Shown: positions 1 through 8,358 of the stretch, piece by piece
How the letters are laid out: the number at the start of each line of letters is the position of its first letter
Numbering within the stretch: position 1 is the stretch's first letter
Source of the DNA: Aciduliprofundum boonei T469
GTDB lineage: Archaea; Thermoplasmatota; Thermoplasmata; Thermoplasmatales; Aciduliprofundaceae
Assembly (NCBI RefSeq): GCF_000025665.1
Contig: NC_013926.1
Location: forward strand, 990,001-1,022,000
DNA: 32,000 bases
Direction: 5' to 3'
The notes under the pieces: generated by a model
Database searches by the model: none
Told to the model about the DNA's origin: nothing
The model's input: only the letters and a program-made list of their open reading frames with translations
Made by a program: the position numbers and the translations under genes

Positions 1-70
1 ACTTTTTCTTGGATATCGTTCATTGTTGAGCCTATGTTTTTAGTACTATTTAATTTTTGTTCCGTAATTT

Positions 71-1243
71 TTAATGGCTCATAATTTTCCAGAGCCCTTC
101 TATATCCTCAAACAAAACATTAGTGGAATTCACTCTCTTCTCACCTTTCTCCCCAGAGTACAGCACAACTAGGGCATATTCTGGCTCGTACTTTTCTATG
201 AAAGCTCTCATGCTCTTCTCAACCTTCTCTGGCTTTGCTTGGAGCTTTACCTCTATAGGCACTATTTTCCCATCTCTCTCCACTATGAAATCCACCTCTG
301 CCTTTGACTTCGTTCTCCAGTATCTTGGCTCCAAGCCCATCTTAATTAGCTCGGAGAGAACATAGTTTTCAAATAGTAACCCGTCCATCTCCCTAGGATA
401 GAATCCTGCGACGGAATTACGCAGACCCGTGTCCAAGAAGTATATCTTTGGCTGCTTTGTTATTTCTCTGGACCTATTCGTGAAGAATGGGGGCACTTCC
501 ACTATTATCCCGCTCTTCCTCAATGCATCCAAATATTTTCTCAATGTTTGATAAGATATTCCCAAGGCATTAGCCATATTTGAATAGGATAGCAGAGTTC
601 CACTGTTTACGGCTATGTACTTGGACAATCTCTCAACCATGCCTATGTTCTCTATTGAAAAACTTCTGCTCACATCCTTCAGTATCATAGTTTCGTGCAA
701 ATTCCTCAAATGCTCTTTTTTCATCTCTATGCTCTCTTCCAAAACCACGCGGGGAAAACCACCATAGAGAGTATGCTCCCACACAGCCCTTTTCAATATC
801 TCTTCATCCAAAACCTTGTAACCCTTTGCTCTGAGAAATTCGTGGATGTTGAAGGTATTGAGTCTCAAAATACCAACTCTCCCAACCAGAAAAGATAGAA
901 CATCCTTGCTTAAGATGATCTCGGATGAGGAAGTGATCCAGAGCCTGTGTCCCGTATCTGCTAGATACTTTAACTTTGAACCGGGATCTTTGCAGTACTG
1001 CACTTCATCAAGCACTGCCAAATCATAGCCCTCTATGTACTGCACCATGAATTTCTTAATATCCTCATCAAATAATCTCCTCGCATCTGGATCATCAAAC
1101 AAAACATAGGAAGAATTATGCCCTTTCATCAGCTCTTTTAGCATTGTAGTTTTCCCCGATTGCCGTGGGCCCACGAGCGCAACTACGGAATAACTGTCGG
1201 CTACCTTCTTGAATTTATCTTCCAAATCTCTGTGAACATACAT
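71..1243 (-). CDS. AAA+ ATPase of the archaeal AAA_14/DUF4143 family
   Basis: 390-aa ORF. Walker A GPRQSGKT and Walker B-like AVLDEVQ. C-terminal IYFLDTGLRN, LFENYV and EVDFIV motifs are typical of DUF4143 ATPases. Confidence 0.85.
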   Translation of the reverse strand: MYVHRDLEDKFKKVADSYSVVALVGPRQSGKTTMLKELMKGHNSSYVLFDDPDARRLFDEDIKKFMVQYIEGYDLAVLDEVQYCKDPGSKLKYLADTGHRLWITSSSEIILSKDVLSFLVGRVGILRLNTFNIHEFLRAKGYKVLDEEILKRAVWEHTLYGGFPRVVLEESIEMKKEHLRNLHETMILKDVSRSFSIENIGMVERLSKYIAVNSGTLLSYSNMANALGISYQTLRKYLDALRKSGIIVEVPPFFTNRSREITKQPKIYFLDTGLRNSVAGFYPREMDGLLFENYVLSELIKMGLEPRYWRTKSKAEVDFIVERDGKIVPIEVKLQAKPEKVEKSMRAFIEKYEPEYALVVLYSGEKGEKRVNSTNVLFEDIEGLWKIMSH

Positions 1244-1499
1244 ACATGTTTCTCATGGCTTATAGCTATATTAATCTTACCAAAATTGAAATGTGGTTAA
1301 ATTCTAGTCCAACTAAAATTAAAATAAGATTCAAAAATAGAAAGGAAGATTGTTATTCTTCACTTTCTTGCACGGCGTAAATTACTATTAAACCACTCTT
1401 CTCGTAAACTTTCTTGAATATTGCATGCTCTTTGTCTGCGGACAAACCGAATATGTTCAGATATATAGTTTCTTCATCTTCCACTGTATCATCTCCAAT

Positions 1500-1856
1500 T
1501 CATCCATACGCATTTATCCACTCGGACTTCTTTCCCTCTACCTTTTCGTTCTTTCCATCCTTAAGAACCTTGGACACGAACTCGCATAGATATTCAGGAT
1601 TGTCTTCAAACATAGCAACCATAGTCATTTGGAGTGCTTCATCATCTGGCAGCACATCCATCAACATCTTTTGCATTCCTATTTTCAGTATGAAATTGAT
1701 GTAATCGTCCATGCTATCTAACTCATCACCTACCATGGCATCTATTACCTTCTTGAAATGTCCAACCTGCCGGTAAATCTCCTTATCTACGATTGCAGTG
1801 TAGCTGTTATTCTCAGGCACATCTTCCATCTTTTCCACACATTCTTCCACACTCAT
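1500..1856 (-). CDS. Acidic hypothetical protein (118 aa from the internal ATG)
   Basis: The ORF track gives 1500..1949, but its first 31 codons overlap the relE-like gene. The ATG at 1856 is preceded by GGTGAT. After the TGA stop at 1500-1502, 48 further in-frame sense codons follow (see findings). Confidence 0.55.
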   Translation of the reverse strand: MSVEECVEKMEDVPENNSYTAIVDKEIYRQVGHFKKVIDAMVGDELDSMDDYINFILKIGMQKMLMDVLPDDEALQMTMVAMFEDNPEYLCEFVSKVLKDGKNEKVEGKKSEWINAYG

Positions 1857-1917
1857 AGGATCACCACTTAACCTTTGGATACGGAGAATAAATAGATTTT
1901 CACGAAGTATCAAAAAA

Positions 1918-2181
1918 TCATTTATATGTAGTTTCAGACCTTTTCTCAATTTTCACAATAAGTACTTCTTTTCTTTGCTTATCTATCATATATAAAATCC
2001 TGTATCTACCAACTCTTTTTCTCCTTATATTTTCATAGCCTTCAACCTTTATGGTTCCTTTATGCCAAGGATCTTTTCCTATCTCTATTACTGCTTCTTT
2101 TATTTTCTCTTTCAATTTTTCATCTTTTAATCCTTTAATCTGTCTCCTGCTTTTAGGAGAGAAAAGAATGTCGTAGCTCAT
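1918..2181 (-). CDS. relE: RelE/ParE-family type II toxin
   Basis: 87 aa. The C-terminal RYRILYMIDKQRKEVLIVKIEKRSETTY pattern is typical of RelE/ParE. It overlaps the upstream antitoxin gene by 4 nt. Confidence 0.8.
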   Translation of the reverse strand: MSYDILFSPKSRRQIKGLKDEKLKEKIKEAVIEIGKDPWHKGTIKVEGYENIRRKRVGRYRILYMIDKQRKEVLIVKIEKRSETTYK

Positions 2182-2372
2182 TCAAAAACTTCCTCCATCT
2201 TGTAGTAGTGTCCTTTTTCTCTCTCATCAACTGCTTCTATGATATCTCGCATATCTTCCTCTGTTAGTATCTCATCCCTGTTTACTATTCTTACCACTAT
2301 CTTATCATCTTTTATCTTTACAGGAGAGACGAGTTTTAAAACGCCATTCTCGTATATGGCTTCTACTTCCAT
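2178..2372 (-). CDS. DUF104-type (AF2212-like) antitoxin
   Basis: 64 aa. The N-terminal MEVEAIYENGVLKL signature is typical of archaeal DUF104 antitoxins. There is a 4-nt overlap with the toxin gene. Confidence 0.75.
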   Translation of the reverse strand: MEVEAIYENGVLKLVSPVKIKDDKIVVRIVNRDEILTEEDMRDIIEAVDEREKGHYYKMEEVFE

Positions 2373-2392
2373 AATTATACATTCTTCTCTCC

Positions 2393-2400
2393 TATTTTAA
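2393..2400 (-). promoter_or_regulatory. TATA-like box for the antitoxin-toxin operon
   Basis: TTAAAATA on the minus strand, centred about 24 nt upstream of the ATG at 2372. This is consistent with a leaderless archaeal transcript. Confidence 0.4.
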
Positions 2401-2436
2401 GGTTTTTCCCATAAGTGTTGAAAATTACGGGAAAAG

Positions 2437-2447
2437 TTTAAAATAAA
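2437..2447 (+). promoter_or_regulatory. TATA-like box with purine-rich BRE for the RNase J-like gene
   Basis: TTTAAAATAAA preceded by GAAAAG, centred about 26 nt upstream of the ATG at 2469. Confidence 0.4.
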
Positions 2448-2468
2448 GGATTCAGGTATGTCCAAAGT

Positions 2469-4028
2469 ATGCAACTGAAAATCTATGATGGAGCAGAGAG
2501 TATTGGTGGCTCTAAGATTTATCTTAGAGATGGAAACCATGGAATTTTCTTGGATTTTGGGCTGAATTTCAACATTATGGGCAAGTACTTTAAAGAGTTC
2601 ATATCTATGCGTGCAATTCGTGGATTGAACGACCCTATAGAGATGAATTTGTTACCACCCATAGATGTTTATAGAGAGGATTTGATTCCTTCAGATCTGA
2701 ATACTTCTAACTGGGAGAGAATACCCGTGGATGCTGTGCTTCTCACCCATGCGCACATGGACCATTACGGGATGATTGGATATCTGAGATTTGACATACC
2801 CCTCGTTGCCTCGCCCGAGACTCTGGCAATAATAAAGGCGTATCAAGATGCAGGAAAATCAGATAATGCAACATCTGTGATATACGGAGCTAAGAGGGAA
2901 GAAGATTCGAGCTCAATGCCAATTTTGAAAAGCAAGGGAAACAGCATAAAGAACAATGAGGAAAAGATTAGAAAGTACCTGATGCTCAGAAGGTTGATTC
3001 CAACTGAAGAGCTAAGCTATGAGGAAATTGACTTTCTGTGCTTGCAGAGCACGGAAGAGAGGATGGATTATATTGCAGAAATGCTTGAATTTGGCCATCT
3101 GGAGTCTTTGCCCTTCAAAGTCAATGCTCATCCCGTGGATCATTCTATATACGGAGCTGTTGGATACATAATAGAGGATGGAAACTCAAAGAAAATAGCA
3201 TACACTGGAGACTTCAGGATGCATGGAGAGAGAGGAGAAGAAACTTTGAAGTTCACCAATAAAGCAAAGGGAAGCGATGTTCTTATAATTGAAGGGACTA
3301 GGCTAGAGGATGATAGGGAGCATCATTACACCACGGAGCAGGATGTTTTTGAGAATTGCTCTGCAGTTGTGGGTGATGAGAAAGGATTGATAATCGCTGA
3401 TTTCTCGGCCAGGAACTTTGAGAGGTTGAACATGTTCGCCAAGATAGCCAAGGAAAATGGAAGAAATTTGGTTGTCACGGATAAGGATGCTTACGCCATA
3501 ACTGGACTATTAACTGCAGGCACTGAGATTGATGTTGAAAATATAATGGTGTACGACAAGCCCCAAGATAGAGTGGGATGGTGGCAGAAAATGCTAGCAT
3601 ACCATGATCTTTGGGAAGATAAGTATGTGGCTCCTGTAGAAATAAGAGAATATCCTGGAAATTACATACTTGCTTTTTCCCTCTACGACATGCCAAACAT
3701 GATGGACATCAAAACCCAGGGAGGAATGTACTTATACTCTTCAACGGAGGCTTTCACGGAGGACATGGAGCTGGACTTTGTCACACTAAGCAACTGGCTA
3801 AGCAGGTACGGGATGAGAAGTGTTGGCTTTCATATGGAAGGCAATAAGCCCAAGTTTGATGAAGGATACCACGCATCTGGCCATGCAAGCGAGGAGGAGA
3901 TACGAAGTATGATAGATTCCATAGATCCTGATATAATCATACCTGTGCACACCACAAACCCATATTGGTTTGCGCAGAACTTTAATAATACCCTAATTCT
4001 GGGAAATAGGGAGAGCTTAAACTTTTAG
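2469..4028 (+). CDS. Metallo-beta-lactamase / beta-CASP nuclease, RNase J-like
   Basis: 519 aa. HxHxDH motif LLTHAHMDHYG. beta-CASP-like motifs YTGDFRM, YHASGHAS and IIPVHT. N-terminal GAESIGGSKIYL resembles the RNase J N-terminus. Confidence 0.65.
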   Translation: MQLKIYDGAESIGGSKIYLRDGNHGIFLDFGLNFNIMGKYFKEFISMRAIRGLNDPIEMNLLPPIDVYREDLIPSDLNTSNWERIPVDAVLLTHAHMDHYGMIGYLRFDIPLVASPETLAIIKAYQDAGKSDNATSVIYGAKREEDSSSMPILKSKGNSIKNNEEKIRKYLMLRRLIPTEELSYEEIDFLCLQSTEERMDYIAEMLEFGHLESLPFKVNAHPVDHSIYGAVGYIIEDGNSKKIAYTGDFRMHGERGEETLKFTNKAKGSDVLIIEGTRLEDDREHHYTTEQDVFENCSAVVGDEKGLIIADFSARNFERLNMFAKIAKENGRNLVVTDKDAYAITGLLTAGTEIDVENIMVYDKPQDRVGWWQKMLAYHDLWEDKYVAPVEIREYPGNYILAFSLYDMPNMMDIKTQGGMYLYSSTEAFTEDMELDFVTLSNWLSRYGMRSVGFHMEGNKPKFDEGYHASGHASEEEIRSMIDSIDPDIIIPVHTTNPYWFAQNFNNTLILGNRESLNF

Positions 4029-4105
4029 GTCTACTAAGGAAATCATAGTAATTTAACTACTTATTATATCTTGCTTATCAATATGATAATATGGTAGCAT
4101 GGATA

Positions 4106-4490
4106 TTACCTGATATAGGACGGGGCTGCATTAATCTTTTTAACGCCTATCCTATTTATGACATCTATAATATCTCCTTTGCTAATCTGGGTTTTACTCT
4201 TCTTTCCAAGGTATCTTCTTAATTAATGTCGCACAATATTGAAGATATCTGCGCTAGTAAACCCTTCTGTGATACTTGCTATTTCACTCCAGTTTATATT
4301 CTCATCCACCTGAAAGTCCTTCATTCTAGCTGAATGTTATTTCCCATGTGTTATCGCTTGCATCCCTCCTACTTCCAAGTCCATCTATTTCATCTATGAA
4401 GAGAACTACATTTCCTTTTTTCAGGTTCCCCCAACCCACTTGCTCAGCATTTCCGATTTTTCCATCACATACGTATTCATGAACCTTCAT
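4106..4490 (-). pseudogene. Decayed C-terminal half of a classical AAA+ (Cdc48/PAN-like) ATPase
   Basis: Three consecutive minus-strand reading segments, broken by stops and frameshifts. They read KGNVVLFIDEIDGLGSRRDASDN (Walker B), then NWSEIASITEGFTSADIFNIVRH (AAA lid, compare TEGFSGADI), then LRRYLGKKSKTQISKGDIIDVINRI. No Walker A part is present. Confidence 0.7.
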
Positions 4491-4509
4491 ACTATTTCCC
4501 CTTCCTATA

Positions 4510-7182
4510 TTACATTAGCTCTATGTGTACATAGTTAGCTGCATCACTATACACTTCATCATAAAGATCTTTAACCTCTCCCTTTGAAGAGAAATAAATT
4601 ATTTGCCAACCTTTATTGCTCAGTTCCTTTAATATATCAAACATTCTTCTAAGACGATCAGGATCCGCTTTTATAAACGGGTCGTCCAGAATGAAAAATC
4701 CTTTTTCGTTAAGTATTTTTTCTGCCAGATAGAGACGAATGGCAAAGTAAAGTTGGTCAATGGCCCCTCCAGAAAGCTGTGCAGCAGATAAAACCACACC
4801 ATCATTTCTCTCCACCTTTATTTCTTTTGTCTCTGTGTCATAGAAAACATTTACATACAGGCCATCGGTGATTCTATTAAAGTATTCTATTGCTTTACTA
4901 TCCTCTCCAAACACTTCAGTAACTTTCTCTCGCTCTTCTTCTTCAATCTCTTTGAATATATTTCTGGCAACTAGGATGTACTTTCTTCGCAGTTTATTGT
5001 TTTCTATGAATTCACTCAAAAGTTTCTGTATTCTGTTCAAATCACCTATTCCATTACATTTTATCTCTTCATCTGGGGATAGCGGGGTTAGTATTATTTC
5101 TGGCTCATTACATTCAAGAATGGCTTTTGCAACCCTTTCTATATCTCTAAATTCCTCTTCATACTCCTTCATTTTCTCTTCAAGCACTTGAATTTCATTT
5201 TGCAAAGACTCTAACTTCTCTTTAAGCTTGTTTTCAACCTGCTGATTATATTCAACATCCACTTCAACATCCCTATACTGTTCAAGAGCCTTTAGCTCTT
5301 TTTTCCAAGCATCCAGTTCCTCATCCAGGTCCCCACTTTCATGATCAAACAGTGTTCGAAGTTTCTCCCGGAGTTTATTCACTTCATTTTTAACATCATT
5401 TTTCTTTATTATAATAGATTCTAATTCGTCTATGCTCTCCACCCCATATTTTTTCATTAAGGATGAAATTTCATCCTTGGCGTTTTGGATTTTGGATTTT
5501 AAATCAGTCATGTCCTTCTCCAACCCCACTCTATCTTCTTGTAACTTCTTCAGTTTTCCCTCCAGTTCACTTAGGTATTTTATTAATTTTTCATATTCTT
5601 CTCTTATTCTTTCTATGTCCCCTATATACAAGTTTACATTTTCCTTTACAGGTATATCCAATTTACCAACAAGCTTCATAATTTCATCCTTTGCTGTCTG
5701 GAGGTTATCGCTCAGTTTTTTGCAATCACTTTTTTTACTATTATAAAGTTGCTTAGCGATATCCAAATCTCTTTGTGCATCATCTTTTCTTTTTTCCAGT
5801 ATAGAAAGCTGGTATTCTATATCGCTTTTGGTAGGTTTTACTTCCAATACTGGGGTAATATCATTTATTATCTCTTCCCATGTATCTTCTTTTTTCTCAC
5901 CCTTTACCATCCGGTACTGTACGTATCCTAATAATAAACCTATCGATGCAAATGCAAGTCCTCCGGCTATAGACAATATTGAACCTAAAATTGCTCCAGC
6001 TGCTATTGCTGTTATACCAGTTACAAAAGAAAAGATCATAATATAATTGAACACTTTCCTTATAGATTGTGATTTTTCTAAATTCCAAGAGGTGTTTTTC
6101 AGATCTTCAATCCTTTTTTGAATATTCTTCTTAGTAATGTAATTCCATGCGTAATCTGCCATCTTTTTCTCCTGGGATGCACGATTTACTTCATTTTCAA
6201 GCTCATTTAATTTCTTATCACATTCAATATAGTCGGGTTCTATCCTGTTTACCTCATTTATATAATTCTCCAGTGTGTCTGCTAACTCTTTTTGTTTTTT
6301 AAGTTTGTTTAATTTCTCTTCTAAAGCTTTCTTCTCAGCTATGACATTATCCTGGTCTTTGATAATATCATTATGTTTATTAACTAGTTTTTGAAGTTCT
6401 TTATTGTACTTTGATAGATCATCATTATACTTTTTCCAAGCGTCTAGATCATCTTCTTTATATTTCTCATAATTTTTAAGTTCATTCAGTTTCTCAGTTA
6501 GATCATTCAATAGTTGTTCTCCAGCCATAAGCTTATTCTTCTTTTGCACAAGATGCAACTTTTCTAGATGATTGGAAATCTCCCTTTCTTCTCTTTTTTT
6601 GCTTATCAATTGTATTTCCATCTCTTCAATATTGTTTTCTTTTAAATCATTAATAAGAGCGTTAATACGTTTCAAAAGGTCATCTGCTTTATCAATTCTA
6701 CTTTTCAGTTTATGATCTCTCTGTGAATTGCTGAATCTACCTGTATCTGTGATCTTTCCCACATCAAGTAACTTTCTTTGAATACTTCCAACAATATCAA
6801 CTTTGGACCCAGTAAGTCTCTCAGTTAGATTGTTATAATAATCATCTTCATACTTTATTGATAAGTCACTATCTCGTATGACAAATATGTTTCTGAAATC
6901 CTCTGCGGAGATATCCTCTGTCAGATACCCATCTTGTGGTAACTTGTACTCTTTACCTTCATATTCCAGTATAACATAACCTTCGGGAGTGCCTTCAATT
7001 CTATTGATTTTATCAAAAAGGGAGTTATATCCCCTCTCCATCATAATTTTCAGTAGAGCATCGACAATCAAGGTCTTTCCCTTCTCATTTTTACCCCATA
7101 AAATATTGAAGTTTTTTAACTCAAACTCTCCAGTATCTGAAAGAGGACCGTATCTGAAAATTCGAAAGTTCTTTATCTTCAT
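4510..7182 (-). CDS. Rad50/SbcC-like SMC-family ATPase with a central transmembrane hairpin
   Basis: 890 aa. Walker A GKNEKGKT. Long heptad-like K/E/L-rich arms. Signature LSGGAIDQLYFAIRL and Walker B FFILDDPF. Residues about 377-422 (nt 5917-6054) form about 45 hydrophobic residues (IMIFSFVTGITAIAAGAILGSILSIAGGLAFASIGLLLGY). No CxxC hook is present. Confidence 0.85.
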   Translation of the reverse strand: MKIKNFRIFRYGPLSDTGEFELKNFNILWGKNEKGKTLIVDALLKIMMERGYNSLFDKINRIEGTPEGYVILEYEGKEYKLPQDGYLTEDISAEDFRNIFVIRDSDLSIKYEDDYYNNLTERLTGSKVDIVGSIQRKLLDVGKITDTGRFSNSQRDHKLKSRIDKADDLLKRINALINDLKENNIEEMEIQLISKKREEREISNHLEKLHLVQKKNKLMAGEQLLNDLTEKLNELKNYEKYKEDDLDAWKKYNDDLSKYNKELQKLVNKHNDIIKDQDNVIAEKKALEEKLNKLKKQKELADTLENYINEVNRIEPDYIECDKKLNELENEVNRASQEKKMADYAWNYITKKNIQKRIEDLKNTSWNLEKSQSIRKVFNYIMIFSFVTGITAIAAGAILGSILSIAGGLAFASIGLLLGYVQYRMVKGEKKEDTWEEIINDITPVLEVKPTKSDIEYQLSILEKRKDDAQRDLDIAKQLYNSKKSDCKKLSDNLQTAKDEIMKLVGKLDIPVKENVNLYIGDIERIREEYEKLIKYLSELEGKLKKLQEDRVGLEKDMTDLKSKIQNAKDEISSLMKKYGVESIDELESIIIKKNDVKNEVNKLREKLRTLFDHESGDLDEELDAWKKELKALEQYRDVEVDVEYNQQVENKLKEKLESLQNEIQVLEEKMKEYEEEFRDIERVAKAILECNEPEIILTPLSPDEEIKCNGIGDLNRIQKLLSEFIENNKLRRKYILVARNIFKEIEEEEREKVTEVFGEDSKAIEYFNRITDGLYVNVFYDTETKEIKVERNDGVVLSAAQLSGGAIDQLYFAIRLYLAEKILNEKGFFILDDPFIKADPDRLRRMFDILKELSNKGWQIIYFSSKGEVKDLYDEVYSDAANYVHIELM

Positions 7183-8270
7183 TACAGCACCTCCATCATA
7201 GCCTTGAGCACATACTCAGTAATTCTCCTTTTATCCTCTTCAGAATAGTCCAGAGCATTTAGTTTTTCGGAAAACTGTAGAAATAATGGATCATTCAATA
7301 TCCTTGTGAGATCCTGAACGTGATTTGTAATATCTGATATTTGGGATGAATATTTCTCTTTCAAAACATCAAGATATTGTTGAATATCCCCCTCTGAAGT
7401 GGCGTGTTTTGCTCTATTTATGTATCCACTTATCTCTATCATCACTTTGTAATTTTTATCAGTGCCGGAAAATAGCGGCTCTATCTCACTTTTTATTTGC
7501 TCTAAAGGATCAATCTCTTCAAGGGGATCTATGTATATCTTCTTTTTTTCGTAATGGAAAGTATCTATAGAGTACTCCTGTGGAGGCTCTCCCACCGTAA
7601 AAAGATTAACCTTTCTTCTACCAATTTCTTTAGTGGTTATGGACACAGGAGATCCAGGATAAACAAAATATCCATTATTGGGTAGTTTGATAACCTCGAA
7701 ATTTGTGTGGAAATGTCCTGCAAGTACATAGGAAATAGGTAAGTCTTTAAAATACGCAGTCTTCACAGGCATATAACGTTTGGTTCCCTCGTCTCCAAAA
7801 CCTTTGAGCCAACCGAAGGCATCTGTGAGTTCGCCGTGGAAAATGAGTATGTTTGTCTTAGAATTGTCCATAAGTTTTCCCATCTCATATAACCTTTCGA
7901 GGATCTCTTCCTCAGTGAGGTTTTCAAAGGGCAGACCCCAGAAAACTGAGGTGTCCTCAGAATATGGCTGCTTAAAATCATGAATCACTACTACATTTTT
8001 GCCCCAGTAAAGGGATTCTTCAAAAATTTCATAATCATGGTTCCCTGGAAGAATGAGTGTGGTGAATGTTGAGTTTTCAAATAGAGATCTTATATGGGGC
8101 CTTAGCTTTTCACCATCCACACCCTTGTCAAACATGTCACCTGCAATTACTAGAATGTCAATTTCATTCTTATTGCCAATTTCTATTATCTTCTCTAGAG
8201 CCTGCCACCTTTCATCATCCACATTTCGGAGATGGATATCTCCGGTATGAAGTATTTTCATAGAAATCAT
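7182..8270 (-). CDS. Mre11/SbcD-like calcineurin-fold metallophosphoesterase nuclease
   Basis: 362 aa. Phosphoesterase motifs HTGDIHL, IAGDMFD, LPGNHD, IFHGEL and LAGHFH. Its TAA stop overlaps the ATG of the downstream ATPase gene by 1 nt (TAATG at 7180-7184). Confidence 0.85.
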   Translation of the reverse strand: MISMKILHTGDIHLRNVDDERWQALEKIIEIGNKNEIDILVIAGDMFDKGVDGEKLRPHIRSLFENSTFTTLILPGNHDYEIFEESLYWGKNVVVIHDFKQPYSEDTSVFWGLPFENLTEEEILERLYEMGKLMDNSKTNILIFHGELTDAFGWLKGFGDEGTKRYMPVKTAYFKDLPISYVLAGHFHTNFEVIKLPNNGYFVYPGSPVSITTKEIGRRKVNLFTVGEPPQEYSIDTFHYEKKKIYIDPLEEIDPLEQIKSEIEPLFSGTDKNYKVMIEISGYINRAKHATSEGDIQQYLDVLKEKYSSQISDITNHVQDLTRILNDPLFLQFSEKLNALDYSEEDKRRITEYVLKAMMEVL

Positions 8271-8288
8271 AAAGTTTTATGATGAAGA

Positions 8289-8302
8289 TTTATAAATATA
8301 TT
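8289..8302 (-). promoter_or_regulatory. TATA-like box for the Mre11/Rad50-like pair
   Basis: The A/T-only stretch TTTATAAATATATT is centred about 25 nt upstream of the ATG at 8270. It lies in the 88-nt gap downstream of the CARF genes. Confidence 0.4.
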
Positions 8303-8358
8303 GTGCCGAAGTAATCTAAACTGAGAATGGGGATTTTTATTACATAACTCCAAGAAAC

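Noticed and set aside
1500-1502. Selenocysteine at the in-frame TGA
   Set aside because: The context is not a redox motif such as CxxU/UxxC. I see no obvious stem-loop resembling an archaeal SECIS in the short 3' region. The neighbouring gene set gives no hint of a selenoprotein-using methanogen. Nonsense mutation or sequencing error is more parsimonious.
1857-1949. Upstream 31 codons of ORF 1500..1949
   Set aside because: This stretch lies entirely within the 3' end of the relE-like gene in another frame. It has an odd composition (MRKGLKLHINDFLILRENLFILRIQRL). The internal ATG at 1856, with its GGTGAT SD, is a better start.
4510-8270. Housekeeping archaeal Mre11-Rad50
   Set aside because: There is no CxxC zinc hook and no adjacent herA/nurA, a hydrophobic hairpin sits at the coiled-coil apex, and the locus lies in an accessory island. 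I call it Mre11/Rad50-like (SbcCD/SbcEF-like) only.
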